Shown here one piece after another: positions 39,801 to 48,691 of a DNA stretch of 64,000 nucleotides (its first letter is position 1; every line of letters begins with the position of its first letter). This DNA comes from an uncultured Erysipelotrichaceae bacterium (GTDB lineage: Bacteria > Bacillota_I > Bacilli_A > RFN20 > CAG-826), in the NCBI GenBank assembly GCA_900316365.1, contig ONCO01000004.1, forward strand, positions 74,918 through 138,917, written 5' to 3'. Both the position numbers and the translations under genes were made by a program. Below the pieces are notes generated by a model that saw nothing but the letters and a program-made list of their open reading frames with translations, did no database searches and was not told where the DNA came from.

Positions 39801-39932
39801 CTTCTTCTCGTCTATATCAATGATGCCTATGTAATAGTCGGTATTTTCTTCCTTGAGGTTTACATAGGAAATCGAAAGCCACTTGTTCTCGACAACAGCC
39901 TGATAGATCAACGATTTGATGCTTTTCTTCAT
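36822..39932 (-). CDS. Superfamily-1 (Upf1/DNA2-like) helicase with N-terminal WYL-like region and C-terminal DUF2726-like PD-(D/E)xK nuclease
   Basis: GPPGTGKT, DEAGQ, LVGDTNQLQP, HYRC, TIHTLQGSEKD and NVAVTRAK; C-terminal EFDVIV..FEIDGGEH..RDRVKEKIC..GIKLIRI. Confidence 0.88.
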   Translation of the reverse strand: MKKSIKSLIYQAVVENKWLSISYVNLKEENTDYYIGIIDIDEKKGTIACDICNIYKSDACLLNKKNEPIRISIDRIRTAVVLEQSYYAVPEKLKRKIELENTLANYLEVSSLDNNILNYLSDCYKLDNDPFIKDSVALNGVDRRELHKEKKYKLDEEQYEVLINQVFKRKDSIEAENVYRYSELAMNYFSIDVAKKQYVVAYRPLFLNFKDKTLKLGDKTIINKSFLIDDRKFTLGMYLDMNPDEFCSTFDEKAREYISLIEENFHNGEMVNTRPGIFLMSRNVQPTVYMALEAIGEMDQENKLTQPLKSFFGRNLNRPGSMKDPNIVVFNKDKVNVDQMRVIYNSMVNHVTYVKGPPGTGKTETIFNVLLSAYANDKKVLVCSNNNHPVNDIFAKMTKSITRKVGKTQKEEQILFPIMRLGNNEELRSTISKLRAVLDFANEHDQARTNESLTQKSKDRALSGFKELKELLRKYEERQELETKIATLKKIEPLAQTPIIVEEVKKQIALQEEKLSSSLLVTEDDVSKYVISASEDESFQSFVYYSALARIKKILAPSNSDLRDIILTEDIDVAVGQLNKYLKSDDNLKKFLAIFPIIVCTNLSSGKLGEAKPHFDLCIMDEAGQCNVASSLVPIVRANDLLLVGDTNQLQPVTVIETDINARLMEKYNIKPEYDYVKNSILSTMLRKDSISKDILLRYHYRCGRRIAGFVNQRFYGNQLKLLNKKNGGLTYIDVHNIYRKDERNAYLEEAKAIADIIKKNGYGDVGIVTPFVNQAALINRCLASEGITTAKAGTIHTLQGSEKDVIIMSAALSAKTGKKTMDWIKNNHELINVAVTRAKEHFIFVGDRAAINALSGDEDNDIKTLSDYVFNKGDVEVQKIETSLLNDFSNNSESEKEFFKTVSTYFKRRGTKMRIQRNVLVKEAIKGIDPDDYALIGQKEFDVIVQVGEGLLRRTYRTFVVFEIDGGEHVGSKKAAVRDRVKEKICSKYGIKLIRIANQQVKDYELIISLFECVINNVPDIVNVDKQLSLFDFQE

Positions 39933-40035
39933 GGAGGGTGCGGCGATTTCCTAATATCGCAGTTCTTAAGAACTGAAATATGGCTTAACAACTTCAAAAA
40001 TTCTAGCCCCTTATGCACTTTCCAATCAAGTTATT

Positions 40036-40071
40036 AAAAAGCCGTCGGTTTTTACACAATTTCGACGGCTT
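40036..40071 (-). terminator. Intrinsic terminator after nrdG
   Basis: GCCGTCG/CGACGGC stem with a T-run on the minus strand. Confidence 0.65.
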
Positions 40072-40083
40072 CTGATTTTTTGG

Positions 40084-40785
40084 TTATTCGTAAGAGCGAA
40101 GTTTCGCATTCGGCACATAAGGCTTAATCGCTTCGAGTAGTTCTTCGGCGTCTTCCTTACTTAAGGCGTGGAAGCCATGCGAGATGCAATGTTCCGAATC
40201 GACATAGAGTTGAAGGAAATATCTATTCGCTCCCTTAATCCACTCCCCGATCTTCTTCATGTCTTCCTTGGTGTGAAATTCAGCCATGATAGTCGTGCGG
40301 AACTCATAACCCACTCCGCTTTCCTTAAGGAAGTCGACGGACTCTTTGATCTTATCTAATGGATAATTCTCCACCCCAATGGTTAAACCGTATTTCTCAG
40401 GCGAGTTTTTAATATCCATCGCGATATAGTCGACAAGACCTTCCTCGTAAGCTTTCTTCAAGATGTCAGGTCTCGTGCCATTTGAATCTAGTTTGATCTT
40501 ATAGCCAAGGGCTTTAATCTCGCGCATCTTATCTAAAAGATCCGGCATCATGGTTGGTTCCCCGCCCGTGATGCAGACGGCATCGAGCATGCCTTTACGC
40601 TTAACTAAATAAGCCTTGATCTCTTCCCAAGGAATTCTAAAGGTCTTTTCTGGATGAAGGACTAAATCGCTGTTATGGCAGAAAGGGCAGCGAAAATTGC
40701 ACCCCGCCGTGAAAAGCGTGGTGGTCAGATTGTCGTCATAGTCGACGAGCGACATCTTTTCCCAACCGGAAAAATCCATATACAA
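40084..40785 (-). CDS. nrdG: Anaerobic RNR activating enzyme (radical SAM)
   Basis: GCNFRCPFCHN; ITGGEPT; KLDSNG; YEFRTT. Confidence 0.9.
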   Translation of the reverse strand: MYMDFSGWEKMSLVDYDDNLTTTLFTAGCNFRCPFCHNSDLVLHPEKTFRIPWEEIKAYLVKRKGMLDAVCITGGEPTMMPDLLDKMREIKALGYKIKLDSNGTRPDILKKAYEEGLVDYIAMDIKNSPEKYGLTIGVENYPLDKIKESVDFLKESGVGYEFRTTIMAEFHTKEDMKKIGEWIKGANRYFLQLYVDSEHCISHGFHALSKEDAEELLEAIKPYVPNAKLRSYE

Positions 40786-40791
40786 ATTGCC

Positions 40792-41322
40792 TTATTTGCC
40801 GTATTTCGCGTCGAAGCGGTCAATCGCTTCCTTGATAAGCTGAAGCGCTACATCTTTGCCTTTTAAACCTGGGACGAGGGTCTCTTTGCCTTCGAGGACC
40901 TTATAGGTTTCGAAGAAGTAAGTGATCTCCTGGACGATGTGTTCTGGGAGCTGAGAAATATCGTCGTAGTTATTGAAAAACGGGTCGTCTGGACAGACGG
41001 CGAGAATCTTAACGTCGCGCGCACCCTGGTCGATCATGTCAATCATGCCGATAGGCTTGCCGCGGACGAGGGTCGTCGGGACGATGCGTTCGGAAGTGAT
41101 AAGGAGGACGTCGATAGGGTCGTTATCCTCCGCGAGAGTATGCGGGATGAAACCGTAGTTATGCGGGTATTGGGTCGAGGTGTAAAGGATGCGGTCCAAT
41201 CTTAAAAGGCCGGTTTCCTTATCAAGCTCGTATTTGTTCTTGCTGCCTTTGCTGATTTCGATATAGGTGATGAAATCGTTAGGAGTAATGCGTTTTGGGT
41301 CAATGTCTTTCCATGGGTTCAT
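40792..41322 (-). CDS. ppa: Inorganic pyrophosphatase, family I
   Basis: KNKYELDKETG; YPHNYGFIPHTLAEDNDPIDV; DQGARDVKIL. Confidence 0.95.
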   Translation of the reverse strand: MNPWKDIDPKRITPNDFITYIEISKGSKNKYELDKETGLLRLDRILYTSTQYPHNYGFIPHTLAEDNDPIDVLLITSERIVPTTLVRGKPIGMIDMIDQGARDVKILAVCPDDPFFNNYDDISQLPEHIVQEITYFFETYKVLEGKETLVPGLKGKDVALQLIKEAIDRFDAKYGK

Positions 41323-41437
41323 AGTTTTTACCTCAACCCATTATACACGCGCTTAAAGTCGTAAGAAAATTTGTCAGCGCTTCAACGAAGAAAAACGACC
41401 CACCGTAAGGCAGGTCGTTGATCTATTTTGGATAAGC

Positions 41438-43432
41438 TTATTTAGCGAGGGCAGCTTCGCGCATAGCGCGGACTTCAGCTTCGAAGCGAATTTCGTCTTC
41501 TTCAGCTTTCTTCTTCATAGCAGCCTTCTTGGCTTCAATGGCTTCTCTCTTTTCGGCTGGGAGAGCAGCATACTTCTCAGCAGCGGCTTTCTCTTTCTCG
41601 GCTTTCTTGGCTTCGGCAGCGGCCTTCTTCTCGGCGGCAACCTTTTCCTTTTCAGCCTTGGCAGCCTGATATTTGGCTTCTTCAGCCTCGAAGCTTAAGC
41701 CAGACTTCTCGCATTTGGATTTGAGTTCGGCGATGCGAGCAGCTTCAGCCTGAGCGTTAGCCTCTTCTTCTTCCTGTTTGGCTCTGACGGCTGGCTCAAT
41801 CCATTCTTTGCCAGCAGCAAGGCATTCAGCCTTCTGGGCTTCGAGAATGATCTTGTGGTCAGCTTTGCCATATTTCTCAACATTCATGAAGAGGAACATG
41901 ACGCCGATAACGAGGTAGCAGATGACTTCACCACCGAAGAAGGCGAAGGTCTGGAGGATACGGCTGGTAACGGTGTTGCCAGCAGCCAAGGTGTCGAGAC
42001 CGACGATGATGGCGTTGGCGATGCCGGTCATGGCAATCATGATGGAGCCGTAGACGGCCATGGTGAAGCCGTCAGTTCTCTTGCCGTGGACCGCTTCCTG
42101 ATGATCGAGGACGTCGGACATAAGGGCGAGGGAGACATACATCGCTGGGACGGTGCCTAAAGCCTTTAAGCAGAACGCAGCGATGGAGATGCCGGAGATG
42201 ACACCGGTGATCTCGCTCGGGTTACCATTCAAAATGGATGGGATGAGAAGCGGGATGAAACCGATAAGACCGAGGGCAGCGGCGATGAAGGCGCCAAAGC
42301 CAATGGTCTTGCCTTTGCTGAATTTAACAGCAAGCGGCCAAACGAAGACCATACCAACGGCGGTCGGGATCGCACCGGCGATGCCGATGGTGGAGTTAAG
42401 GGACTGCGCACCAGTCCAGGCTTCGCTATAGAATGGCTGACCGTTGTTCTTGAGCATGCCGCCGAGCTGATAGAGAAGGAAGAAGATGATGATTAACCAC
42501 CAATACTTGTCATGGACGCAGATCTTGATCTGTTCGGCCATGGAAGCCTTCTTGACTTCGTTCTTGCTGGCCTCTTCTTCGCGATCGGCGAGCATGAAGG
42601 ATTCTTCAGTGATACGTTCACGGGTGAAGAAGTATTCGAGTAAGCAGCCGATGACTAAGGCGACGATGAGAATGATCATGACGATCATCCAACGCTGGTT
42701 GGCGCTGGCGCGGTCGGCAAGAAGTCTAGCTTCGTCGACGACTTTGTTGGCAGCGTCGGCTTTTGGATCGACCCAATACTTGCTGTTTTCAGCAGATGGG
42801 AGAAGACGGAATAAGTCGGTTAAGAAACCGCCGGCCATACCGGCGACACCGGCAGCACCAACCTGAGCGGCCATAGCCATGGTTCCTAAGAGGGAACGCT
42901 GGTTGGAGTTACGGGTGGAAAGGTTGACCATCGCGCTGTGGGAGGTGAAGTAGAGCGGCCAGGCGAACGCGTAGAAGAGGTTGTAGCCGACGGCAACAAC
43001 GATAAGGGTCCACAAGGTGACGTCATTATTCACCACACCAGCTTCATTGAATGGATATGGTGCCATGAACAAGGCAAACAAAGCGATGGCGATGACAGGC
43101 ATTGATAAGAAGATCAATGGTCTAGCTTTGCCAGCTTTCTTTGGTTTGCCATTCATCAATTTGCCGACGAACAAGTTGCCGATGACAACGAGGATCGACG
43201 AGAGTAATGGCAAGAGCCAGATAAACGAACCAGCCCAGCTGTCGAGGCCGAGGACGTTTTTCCAATACTGCATCAAGAAGACGTTGATGATGCCGTTTGG
43301 AACCAAAGCAAAGAACGGACCGCCGAAGTAACCCAAGATGCCCTCTGGGAAAGCTTTGACGTTAGCATTCTTAACCTTGGTAGAGAGCAAAGGGGTATCC
43401 CAAATGCTCTTTTTCTCTTTTGTCTGAGACAT
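41438..43432 (-). CDS. MFS/GPH-family sugar transporter with a charged coiled-coil C-terminal tail
   Basis: About 12 TM segments; GKARPL, FTRERITEE and GKRTDG; E/A/K-rich tail. Confidence 0.85.
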   Translation of the reverse strand: MSQTKEKKSIWDTPLLSTKVKNANVKAFPEGILGYFGGPFFALVPNGIINVFLMQYWKNVLGLDSWAGSFIWLLPLLSSILVVIGNLFVGKLMNGKPKKAGKARPLIFLSMPVIAIALFALFMAPYPFNEAGVVNNDVTLWTLIVVAVGYNLFYAFAWPLYFTSHSAMVNLSTRNSNQRSLLGTMAMAAQVGAAGVAGMAGGFLTDLFRLLPSAENSKYWVDPKADAANKVVDEARLLADRASANQRWMIVMIILIVALVIGCLLEYFFTRERITEESFMLADREEEASKNEVKKASMAEQIKICVHDKYWWLIIIFFLLYQLGGMLKNNGQPFYSEAWTGAQSLNSTIGIAGAIPTAVGMVFVWPLAVKFSKGKTIGFGAFIAAALGLIGFIPLLIPSILNGNPSEITGVISGISIAAFCLKALGTVPAMYVSLALMSDVLDHQEAVHGKRTDGFTMAVYGSIMIAMTGIANAIIVGLDTLAAGNTVTSRILQTFAFFGGEVICYLVIGVMFLFMNVEKYGKADHKIILEAQKAECLAAGKEWIEPAVRAKQEEEEANAQAEAARIAELKSKCEKSGLSFEAEEAKYQAAKAEKEKVAAEKKAAAEAKKAEKEKAAAEKYAALPAEKREAIEAKKAAMKKKAEEDEIRFEAEVRAMREAALAK

Positions 43433-43473
43433 AAAAGATTTTCCTCCAAGTGATATAGTGATTTTACAGCATA

Positions 43474-43525
43474 TGAAAGCGTTTTACTAAAGTAACTTGC
43501 GTATCTTTACCGACAACTTGCGTAT
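43474..43525. promoter_or_regulatory. cre-like site plus an 11-bp direct repeat upstream of the MFS transporter
   Basis: TGAAAGCGTTTTAC at 43474-87; AACTTGCGTAT at 43494-504 and 43515-525. Confidence 0.6.
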
Positions 43526-43591
43526 TTTTGTAGGCTTATCTTGCTATAAAACAAAAAAGGAACTTCGACGAGGCGAGGTTCCTTCTTCTTA

Positions 43592-44608
43592 TCAGCTAAA
43601 CTTGACGACTTTATGGGCAGCCCAATCCCAGAAATGGACGAGCCATCTGCCGATCGCGCCGTGATGGCAAAGGCCATTGATGCGGATGGTATGACGGAGC
43701 ATGCGGTACTGCTTCTTGTTCTTTTCCTTCATGTAGGCCAAGAACTCTCTCATGGCTTTGATGGCTTCCTTGCTGCCATTAAGCTGGCAATGGAATGGAA
43801 CCAATAAGCAGTTGAGGATCAAGTGGTGACGCATGATTCTATAACGGGCTTTGTCAGTCTTCTTATACTGCATGATGTCGCAGGAATCGAAGACGGCTTT
43901 GCCGCAGAGGATGAAGTCCTTGTACTTACGGCGCATGGTCTCGTTGGTCATGCTCTGGCCTGGACGGCCAATCAAATATTGATAGAAGCCGACCGGGAGA
44001 TAAGCAATGCGGTCAACGTATGGGAGAGGAGAATAGACGAATAAGTTATCCTCATAAGAACAATGCTCTGGGAGGACGACGCCGGACTTGCGGACAACCT
44101 CGGTCTTATACATCGCCGAATGGAGAGTGATGTTGTCTTTGATCTTGAAGTGATGTTTGACCTCTTTAAGTTCGAGAGGCTCGTTTGGTTTGAAGTAATG
44201 GTTGAAATGGATTCTAGTGGAACGATGTTCTCTGCCCTGCCAATAGACATAATCCATGAGGATTAAGTCCGCTTCATCATTATGGGTCTTGATGTAATCA
44301 AGGCAGGCTTTGAGGGCTTCTTCGTCGACCCAGTCATCGGAGTCGAGGACCTTGAAATAGGTACCATTCGCCATCGAAAGGGCGGTGTTAATGGCTCCGC
44401 CGTGGCCTTTATTCTCCTGGTGGACGGCCTTAAAGATAGCCGGGTATTTGGCTTCGTATTCCTGAGCGATCTTAAGCGTGCCGTCTTTGGAGCCGTCATC
44501 GATGATGAGGACCTCGATGTTCTCGCCGCTGATTAAGGAATCAAGCGCGTAATGCAGGAATCCTTCGGAGTTATAGGAAGGTATGCAGAATGTGATATAA
44601 GGTTTCAT
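43592..44608 (-). CDS. Glycosyltransferase family 2
   Basis: ITFCIPSYN; IIDDGSKD; NKGHGGAIN; VLDSDDW. Confidence 0.92.
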   Translation of the reverse strand: MKPYITFCIPSYNSEGFLHYALDSLISGENIEVLIIDDGSKDGTLKIAQEYEAKYPAIFKAVHQENKGHGGAINTALSMANGTYFKVLDSDDWVDEEALKACLDYIKTHNDEADLILMDYVYWQGREHRSTRIHFNHYFKPNEPLELKEVKHHFKIKDNITLHSAMYKTEVVRKSGVVLPEHCSYEDNLFVYSPLPYVDRIAYLPVGFYQYLIGRPGQSMTNETMRRKYKDFILCGKAVFDSCDIMQYKKTDKARYRIMRHHLILNCLLVPFHCQLNGSKEAIKAMREFLAYMKEKNKKQYRMLRHTIRINGLCHHGAIGRWLVHFWDWAAHKVVKFS

Positions 44609-44633
44609 AATTTTTTCCCTAGGAAAGAAAGTA

Positions 44634-44677
44634 AAGAGGGTTTGCTAGCAAAATGCAATCACAAACCCTCTTTTTTT
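44634..44677. terminator. Intrinsic terminator after the GH3 gene
   Basis: AAAGAGGGTTTG/CAAACCCTCTTT. Confidence 0.7.
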
Positions 44678-44683
44678 CATGGT

Positions 44684-47137
44684 TTATTTGCCTTTTTCTG
44701 CCTTTTCTTTGGCTTTTTGGGCTTTCTTCCTGGCTCTGCCCATCTTGAAGAAGTGATGGAGACCTTTGAAGAAGTGACCGTTAAACATCATGATGAGGCC
44801 GTCGAGCTGGGCCATCGAGATGGCGGCGCCAGTCATACGGCTGAAGGCGCGAACCGGGTTGTAGTAGACGCCCATGACCAAGGTATTCGCGGTGGTTCTC
44901 TTGCCGATCCACCTTAAGAAGCCGATGAGATGACGGATGACACGTTCAGTCAAACGTCCGGTCCAGCCTTTCGCGTAGCGGAGGTCGGAGACGGAGGTGT
45001 TGTAATCAACCTCAATGCGGTGCTTCTTGATGAAGCGGAGGTCTTTCTCTGGGATATCGGAACCAAGGATTTCCTTGAATTCAGCATCTGGGACTTCACG
45101 GACTTCGCCCTTCATGTAGTGACGAATTTTCTCAACGTCATATGGGCCAACGGAGACAGTGCCTTCTTTGGTGATGACGCCGTCTAAGAGGAGGTCCTTA
45201 GAAGAGGAACCGACGAAGATCTGGTATTCACCGCCTTCGGTCTCGAAGCGTTTGCTGGAGATATCGAAGTAACGGAAGGTGTATTCATCGAATGGGATCT
45301 CGACGGTCTTCTCCTCGCCAGCCTTAAGAGCAACTTTGACGAAGCCCTTGAGTTCGATGCGTGGACGGAAGACGAAGGAATGACGTTTGCCAACATAGAG
45401 CTGGGCGATTTCCTTACCGTCGACCTTACCGATGTTCTTGACCTTGAATTTGACGCCTTTGTCGGTGATCTCGAGGTCACGATAAGCGAACTTGGTGTAG
45501 CTTAAGCCATAACCGAATGGGATACGGGCGTAAGCGCCGGAAGAATTGTAGTAACGATAGCCGATGAAGATGGATTCACGATATTCGATCGTGCGATCGC
45601 TCTTGCCGAAGTGGTCGGCGGATGGGCAGTCGGCATAGCCGAATGGAACCGATTCAGCGAGTTTACCGGATGGGTTGACCTTACCGGTGATGACGTTGAG
45701 GATGGCTCTCGCGCCAGCTTCGCCGGAGAGGTAAGCATGGACGATCGCGTCAACGCGGGAAACATATGGCATTTCGACGACGGAGCCGCATTCCATGACG
45801 AGGACGACCTTCTTGCCGGTGTGATATAAGGCGGCGATGAGGTCTCTCTGGTTCCCCGGGAGACGGATGTTCGGACGGTCCATACCTTCGGCTTCGGTAA
45901 CCTCATCGAGGCCGCAGAAGAGAAGAACGACATCAGCTTTCTCGGCAAGCTTGACGGCTTTGTCGATTAATCTCTGGGACTTCTTGCCATAACGCTTGAA
46001 GCCAGGTTCGAAGCCAACATAGCTAAGTGGGTATTCTTTGATGACGTCTAAGATCTGGTCAACGTGGAGAGGATTGACGACAGAGGAGCCGGCACCCTGA
46101 TAACGGGCGTCCTTGGCGAAGTCACCGACGATGGCGACTTTGGTTTTCGCAGCAAGTGGGAGGAGATGATCGTTGTTCTTGAGAAGGACGATGGATTCCT
46201 CAGCGACTTTCTGAGCGGTCAAATGATGGGCATCCTTATCGAATTCGCGGGAAGCCTTCTTAAGGTTCTCAGAAGCCTTGAGGATCATCTCGAGGAGACG
46301 ATCGACGGATTCATCGACATAGGATTCGGCGATTTTGCCTTCTTTGACGGCCGCGACGACTTCCGCGTCGGTCTCGCCGCCGGAAGTTGGCATTTCGAGG
46401 TCGCTAGAAGCCTTAAGAGCGGCAACGCGATCGTTATCGCCACCCCAGTCGGAGACGACGACGCCGTTATAGCCCCATTCATTTCTTAAGATTTCGCGGA
46501 GCAAGTGTTCGTTCTCGTTGGCGTAGATGCCATTGAGTTTGTTGTAAGAGGTCATGACCGCGGCTGGGTTGGATTCCTTGATCGCGATTTCGAACGCTTC
46601 AAGATAGATTTCGCGAAGGGCTCTTTCGTCGACGATGGAGTCGCTGGTCATACGACGGATTTCCTGGTTGTTGGCGGCATAGTGCTTGATGCAGCTGCCG
46701 ATGCCGTTGCTCTGGACGCCGCGGATATAGCCACCGGCCATCTTACCGGCGAGATATGGGTCTTCAGAGAAGTATTCGAAGTTTCTGCCGCAACGTGGGT
46801 TTCTCTTCATGTTGACGCCAGGGCCAAGGAGAAGGGTGACTTCGGCGGCACTGGCCTCTTCGCCGATGGTCTTACCGACGAGATAGGCGAGCTCTGGGTC
46901 CCAGGAGTTAGCAACCGTCGCGGAGGATGGCATACAAACGGCCGGGATGGATGGGTTTAAGCCCAAGTGGTCAGCGGCTTTCGCCTGTTTACGAAGGCCG
47001 GAAGGGCCGTCGCTTAAGAATGCAGCGGGGATCTTTCCTTTGATTTCCTCCGTCTGCCAGAAGTCCATGCCGGAAAGGAGGGAGCACTTCTGCTCCAAGG
47101 TTAAACCGGCAATAAGCTCTTTATGTTTTAGTTCCAT
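44684..47137 (-). CDS. Glycoside hydrolase family 3 (beta-glucosidase-like) with Fn3 domain
   Basis: DGPSGLRK; GRNFEYFSEDP; KHYAANNQE; VVSDWGG; EIAQLYV..ELKGF. Confidence 0.93.
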   Translation of the reverse strand: MELKHKELIAGLTLEQKCSLLSGMDFWQTEEIKGKIPAAFLSDGPSGLRKQAKAADHLGLNPSIPAVCMPSSATVANSWDPELAYLVGKTIGEEASAAEVTLLLGPGVNMKRNPRCGRNFEYFSEDPYLAGKMAGGYIRGVQSNGIGSCIKHYAANNQEIRRMTSDSIVDERALREIYLEAFEIAIKESNPAAVMTSYNKLNGIYANENEHLLREILRNEWGYNGVVVSDWGGDNDRVAALKASSDLEMPTSGGETDAEVVAAVKEGKIAESYVDESVDRLLEMILKASENLKKASREFDKDAHHLTAQKVAEESIVLLKNNDHLLPLAAKTKVAIVGDFAKDARYQGAGSSVVNPLHVDQILDVIKEYPLSYVGFEPGFKRYGKKSQRLIDKAVKLAEKADVVLLFCGLDEVTEAEGMDRPNIRLPGNQRDLIAALYHTGKKVVLVMECGSVVEMPYVSRVDAIVHAYLSGEAGARAILNVITGKVNPSGKLAESVPFGYADCPSADHFGKSDRTIEYRESIFIGYRYYNSSGAYARIPFGYGLSYTKFAYRDLEITDKGVKFKVKNIGKVDGKEIAQLYVGKRHSFVFRPRIELKGFVKVALKAGEEKTVEIPFDEYTFRYFDISSKRFETEGGEYQIFVGSSSKDLLLDGVITKEGTVSVGPYDVEKIRHYMKGEVREVPDAEFKEILGSDIPEKDLRFIKKHRIEVDYNTSVSDLRYAKGWTGRLTERVIRHLIGFLRWIGKRTTANTLVMGVYYNPVRAFSRMTGAAISMAQLDGLIMMFNGHFFKGLHHFFKMGRARKKAQKAKEKAEKGK

Positions 47138-47182
47138 AAGGGTCTCCTAAAAATATTGTTTTAGCTGCTTTACTACAATACA

Positions 47183-47196
47183 TCTAAGCGCTTCCA
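47183..47196. promoter_or_regulatory. cre-like operator upstream of the GH3 gene
   Basis: Minus strand TGGAAGCGCTTAGA. Confidence 0.5.
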
Positions 47197-47254
47197 TTTA
47201 CTATGGAAGTGCCACAAACTTGCATTTTTTAGACACAAAACGTTGTTGACGATT

Positions 47255-48481
47255 TTAAAAAGCCCAATTGCCGTCTTTAAAGATAGCGACTTCGCGTCCA
47301 TCTTCGGTGGTTCCGACGATATTGAGGTCTTTGGAACCGATCATGAAATCGACGTGGGAAGAGGACTTATTGATGCCGAAGGAATGGAGTTCTTCCTCGG
47401 TGTATTTCTCGAAATCTGGATAGAGGTTGGTGAAACCACGGCCTAAGGCTAAGTGGCAGGCGGCGTTCTCATCAAAGAGGGTGTCATAGAAGAGGATTCC
47501 GGTGTTGTTGATCGGTGAATCATATGGAACGAGGGCGCATTCGCCTAAATAAGCGGAACCCTCGTCGAGGGAGAGGATGGAACGAAGGGCTTCTTCGCCG
47601 GTCTTCGCGCCGACATCAACGGCTTTGCCTTTCTCAAATTTGACCCAGAAATCGGTGATTAACTGTCCGGCGTAGGATAAAGGCTTCGCGGAATAAACGA
47701 TACCCTCGGCTTCGCCGCGCATCGGGGAGGTGAAGCATTCTTCGCTTGGGATATTTGGCTGGCAGTAGATGTTAGTCAAAGTCATCTCGCCACCGCCTTC
47801 AAAGATCACGCCCGGGATAAGTCCGACGGTTAAATCGGTGCCGTTGCTGGAGGTGTAATGGAGTTTCTTAAGTCTCAAGGAATTAAGGTATTCGCATTTC
47901 TTCTTGAGGTTCTTATCGTGGACGTCCCAATTGGCGATGCCATTGCCATCGAGAGCGCGGGAAGTGAAAAGGATGGCTTCCCAGAGTTTCTCCACCGCTT
48001 CGTCGACTGGAAGATCTGGGAAAACCTTCTTGGCCCAGGCTTTGGAAGCGACGCCGGCGATGAGCCAGGAATACTTGTTTTCGCGACGTTCTCTATATGG
48101 ATAGAGGACTTTGTTCTTTTCTTTGCGGATAAAGGCGGCTTTGGAGGCATCGATGCCATTCATGCCGTCTGGATCATCGGAGTCGAGCCAAAGGAGGGCC
48201 GGGAGCTCATCGCTCTTCCAGGCTTCCATGGCCTCTTCGAACGGGAGGACTCTGGCGAGTTCTTCCTTTTTGCCTTCTTTTAAACTGATGCGGTTAATGG
48301 CTTCGGACGTCCAATTGACGACGACGCGGGAAGCGCCATCGCGATAGCATTCCTCAACGACCATCGCGACAAAGTCCTCGATATCGACGTTCGCGGTCAC
48401 GACGACCGGCTGACCAGGCTTTAGGGCGATGCCAGTCTTAACCAATAGTTCTGCGTATTTCTCTAAGATTTCCTTTTTCAT
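47255..48481 (-). CDS. Aminopeptidase, M29 (AmpS/PepS) family
   Basis: NIPSEECFTSP; LGECAL; FDENAACHLALG; SHVDFMIGS. Confidence 0.93.
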   Translation of the reverse strand: MKKEILEKYAELLVKTGIALKPGQPVVVTANVDIEDFVAMVVEECYRDGASRVVVNWTSEAINRISLKEGKKEELARVLPFEEAMEAWKSDELPALLWLDSDDPDGMNGIDASKAAFIRKEKNKVLYPYRERRENKYSWLIAGVASKAWAKKVFPDLPVDEAVEKLWEAILFTSRALDGNGIANWDVHDKNLKKKCEYLNSLRLKKLHYTSSNGTDLTVGLIPGVIFEGGGEMTLTNIYCQPNIPSEECFTSPMRGEAEGIVYSAKPLSYAGQLITDFWVKFEKGKAVDVGAKTGEEALRSILSLDEGSAYLGECALVPYDSPINNTGILFYDTLFDENAACHLALGRGFTNLYPDFEKYTEEELHSFGINKSSSHVDFMIGSKDLNIVGTTEDGREVAIFKDGNWAF

Positions 48482-48691
48482 AACTTACCTCTTTAAGTTC
48501 CTTAATTATCTTAAGGAAAACTCCTCTCTTTTTCATTCAAAAGGGTAAATAAATATCGATTTGCCATTTACCCACAGGCCATCGAACCTATTCCCATTTC
48601 TTCATAAATCGTCAAAGGAAAAACTATTCTTGGCCGTGTATTTATGCGCGAGCGTTTTTTATAATATGGAGCAAATCAGACGGAGGCATTT

